Shown here: positions 62,159-64,000 of the stretch, piece by piece
How positions within the stretch are numbered: the first letter of the stretch is position 1
Layout of the letters: every line of letters begins with the position of its first letter
Source of the DNA: a virus
Length of the DNA stretch: 64,000 nt
Reading direction: 5' to 3' (one strand)
Virus record (IMG/VR): IMGVR_UViG_3300031521_000009
Position numbers and translations under genes: made by a program
The notes under the pieces: model-generated
The model's input: the letters and a program-made list of their open reading frames with translations, nothing else
Database searches by the model: none
What the model was told of the DNA's origin: nothing

Positions 62159-64000
62159 TACGAATAAGATATTATAAAGTTAGTAATTACATTCTTCAAG
62201 TAAAAATACTTTGGAATATGTGTTCTATAGGCATTACCCATTACACGTTTTCCTTTGTATATTATCTTGACTTTAATCCATTGACCACGCATTTGTGATT
62301 TTGCTTCAAAGGTATTAAAACTTTGAGTACTTAATGGACCAAAATTATTTTTATTGGTTGAAGGAATTATAGGAATTTCCCATGCATGTTCCTTATATTC
62401 AGGATTAGTCCAAAATTCTTTCGCGTTTATAAAAGAAACTTTAGAGGATTCTTGATATTCTGTTTGCCAACTAATATTTTCAAGTTCTTCTGGACACATA
62501 ACCATTAAATGAGAACGAAATTCTTTTTCAAATGAACTAGCATCTTGTTTCTCAGCAGAACAATTAATAATAAACTCTAATTCGAAATTATCCGAAGCTT
62601 TATTATCATAGAAATATTGAAAATCTCCAACATTATGTTCCCACATATTTGGCCTTGAAGCAAGTTGTCCATGTGAGAAAGCAAATAGCCGGGCATCCAA
62701 TTTCATATAAAGATTTGTATCGTATGAATAGAACCCAGTGAAGATATCAAGCTTCTCATTAAAAACCAATGTAAAGAACTTACCAGTACCCAATTTGAAA
62801 GTAAATAATACCTCTTTTGTTTCTTCATCGAAAACACTTATAATTCCAGTCTGTGCTTCTGAATACAAGTCTTGTGGTAGTACTTTGATATCTCCTTTGA
62901 TTAATTTGAAGATATCAGTTATTTGTTTTGAAGTTACTAAGTCCTCAGCGCCAAATAATACATTACCACTTGTTGTTGAAGCGCCGGATAATCGCCATAT
63001 CTTTTCATTATCCCAATCAACACCATAACCACCTTTATCACCACTACAAATACTTTCTTTATGAGTAGTTCCAAAATCAGCTATCTTTCTTGACTGAGAA
63101 GAAAGAATAGTCTTATCACCAAGAATAATATCAGAACTGTCTTGACTCGATTGAAGTTTTGTAGAACCATATAATTGAATAATATTCTTACGTTGGATAA
63201 TGAATAGAGTTGAATTAATGGTAATCAGCTTTTTTATCTCTCCACCTTCAAAATTAAAGTCTTGATATTGTCCTATTGGCAACTGTCGATACTGATCTAC
63301 AAAAGCACCATCAACATGTACATTGCTAAAGTAAATTCTATTTGCTGCAGTGTTGCTTTTCATAGTAAAGATATCATCAAATGGCAAAAGAGTATAGACA
63401 CCTTTTGTTTCATTATATCCACCATTTATTTCCCATGACTCTTTGAAAAATTGATTTGATTTGTTTTTCCAAATAAAATCTTGTACAATACTATCATAGC
63501 TTGCTTCTGATGCATTTTTAAGTACGTATGGATAGAATGTATCATCTACAGTAGGAACTCTCAAATTTGAGTTGGTAAATGACTGTAGATAGACATTGAG
63601 TGCTATACCTGATTGCCATGAACGTTCCCAGTCTTGTGTATATGCCGGAAGAGTATTCCATCGAACACAACGCATGAATGTTTTTTGAGAAAATAAGTCA
63701 CCTTTGAAAAGTTGTTTAGCAGTATAATTATTTGCAGCAAAAAATGAATTGTCATTTTCAATGATTGAATAGTTTTCATCAAGAATATTATATGAGTTTT
63801 CAATTGAATCAATGTATTCAGCTATTGTAGCATACTTACAGATATCAACAATGGCATTATTCAAATTACGATAGTCAGGATTATCATCAGTAAACACTGT
63901 TGCTTCTGAATGATATTTACCAACTTTTACAGTCTTACAACCAAAGTAAGATGTAGCTGTCATAGACATATTGGTAGCAACTACTGGTAATGAGTTTTTA
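62158..64000 (-). CDS. Tail muzzle/stabilisation protein (5' end beyond the window)
   Basis: Frame open to the right edge; NRIYFS, VFDEETKEVLFTF, TLVFNEKLDIFTGFYSY, QMRGQWIKV. Confidence 0.75.
   Translation of the reverse strand, partial: KNSLPVVATNMSMTATSYFGCKTVKVGKYHSEATVFTDDNPDYRNLNNAIVDICKYATIAEYIDSIENSYNILDENYSIIENDNSFFAANNYTAKQLFKGDLFSQKTFMRCVRWNTLPAYTQDWERSWQSGIALNVYLQSFTNSNLRVPTVDDTFYPYVLKNASEASYDSIVQDFIWKNKSNQFFKESWEINGGYNETKGVYTLLPFDDIFTMKSNTAANRIYFSNVHVDGAFVDQYRQLPIGQYQDFNFEGGEIKKLITINSTLFIIQRKNIIQLYGSTKLQSSQDSSDIILGDKTILSSQSRKIADFGTTHKESICSGDKGGYGVDWDNEKIWRLSGASTTSGNVLFGAEDLVTSKQITDIFKLIKGDIKVLPQDLYSEAQTGIISVFDEETKEVLFTFKLGTGKFFTLVFNEKLDIFTGFYSYDTNLYMKLDARLFAFSHGQLASRPNMWEHNVGDFQYFYDNKASDNFELEFIINCSAEKQDASSFEKEFRSHLMVMCPEELENISWQTEYQESSKVSFINAKEFWTNPEYKEHAWEIPIIPSTNKNNFGPLSTQSFNTFEAKSQMRGQWIKVKIIYKGKRVMGNAYRTHIPKYFYLKNVITNFIISYS

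Larger units (their letters stand above)
1..64000. mobile_element. crAss-like (Crassvirales-related) Bacteroidota phage genome segment
   Basis: Giant virion RNAP with DxDxD motif, cargo and muzzle gene order, tail fibre, dense small phage ORFs, two-block strand layout, TAnnTTTG promoters; no host housekeeping genes. Confidence 0.88.

Noticed and set aside
1484-63812. Many short track ORFs antisense to or nested in long genes (e.g. 2759-3229, 19589-20080, 29593-29943, 44666-45079)
   Set aside because: Shadow frames of well-supported genes, without motifs or promoters
35798-64000. Stop-codon reassignment as in some crAss-like phages
   Set aside because: Giant ORFs are intact in the standard code and no suppressor tRNA is evident

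Overview
The window is about 64 kb of an AT-rich dsDNA phage genome of crAss-like (Crassvirales-related) type, read in the standard genetic code. A Bacteroidota host is inferred from TAnnTTTG promoters and Bacteroidota-type DnaB and DUF3127 proteins. It has two transcription blocks. The minus-strand virion block lies at both window ends: tail fibre at left; muzzle-like protein, cargo proteins, a 5834-aa helicase-zincin-RNA polymerase polyprotein and a 1725-aa ART-like/zincin protein at right. The plus-strand early/replication block (about 4.2-35.6 kb) carries an SF1 helicase, DnaB, a Rep-like protein, ParB, a DNA methyltransferase, an SMC-like ATPase, an SSB, a Cas4-like nuclease, RusA, MazG-like proteins and a Tad2-like protein, but no recognisable DNA polymerase or primase. 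The most unusual content is non-coding. (1) Three tRNA-shaped genes (8259, 10381, 10669) keep their acceptor, D and T arms, but the anticodon arm is replaced by structured inserts of about 26, 173 and 90 nt. (2) A duplicated pseudoknot-like motif sits exactly 14 nt upstream of the adjacent RyR-domain and Tad2-like genes. (3) A kissing-loop attenuator lies in front of the Rep-like gene. All family assignments and folds were made by eye from motifs and need HMM, structure-prediction or covariance confirmation.
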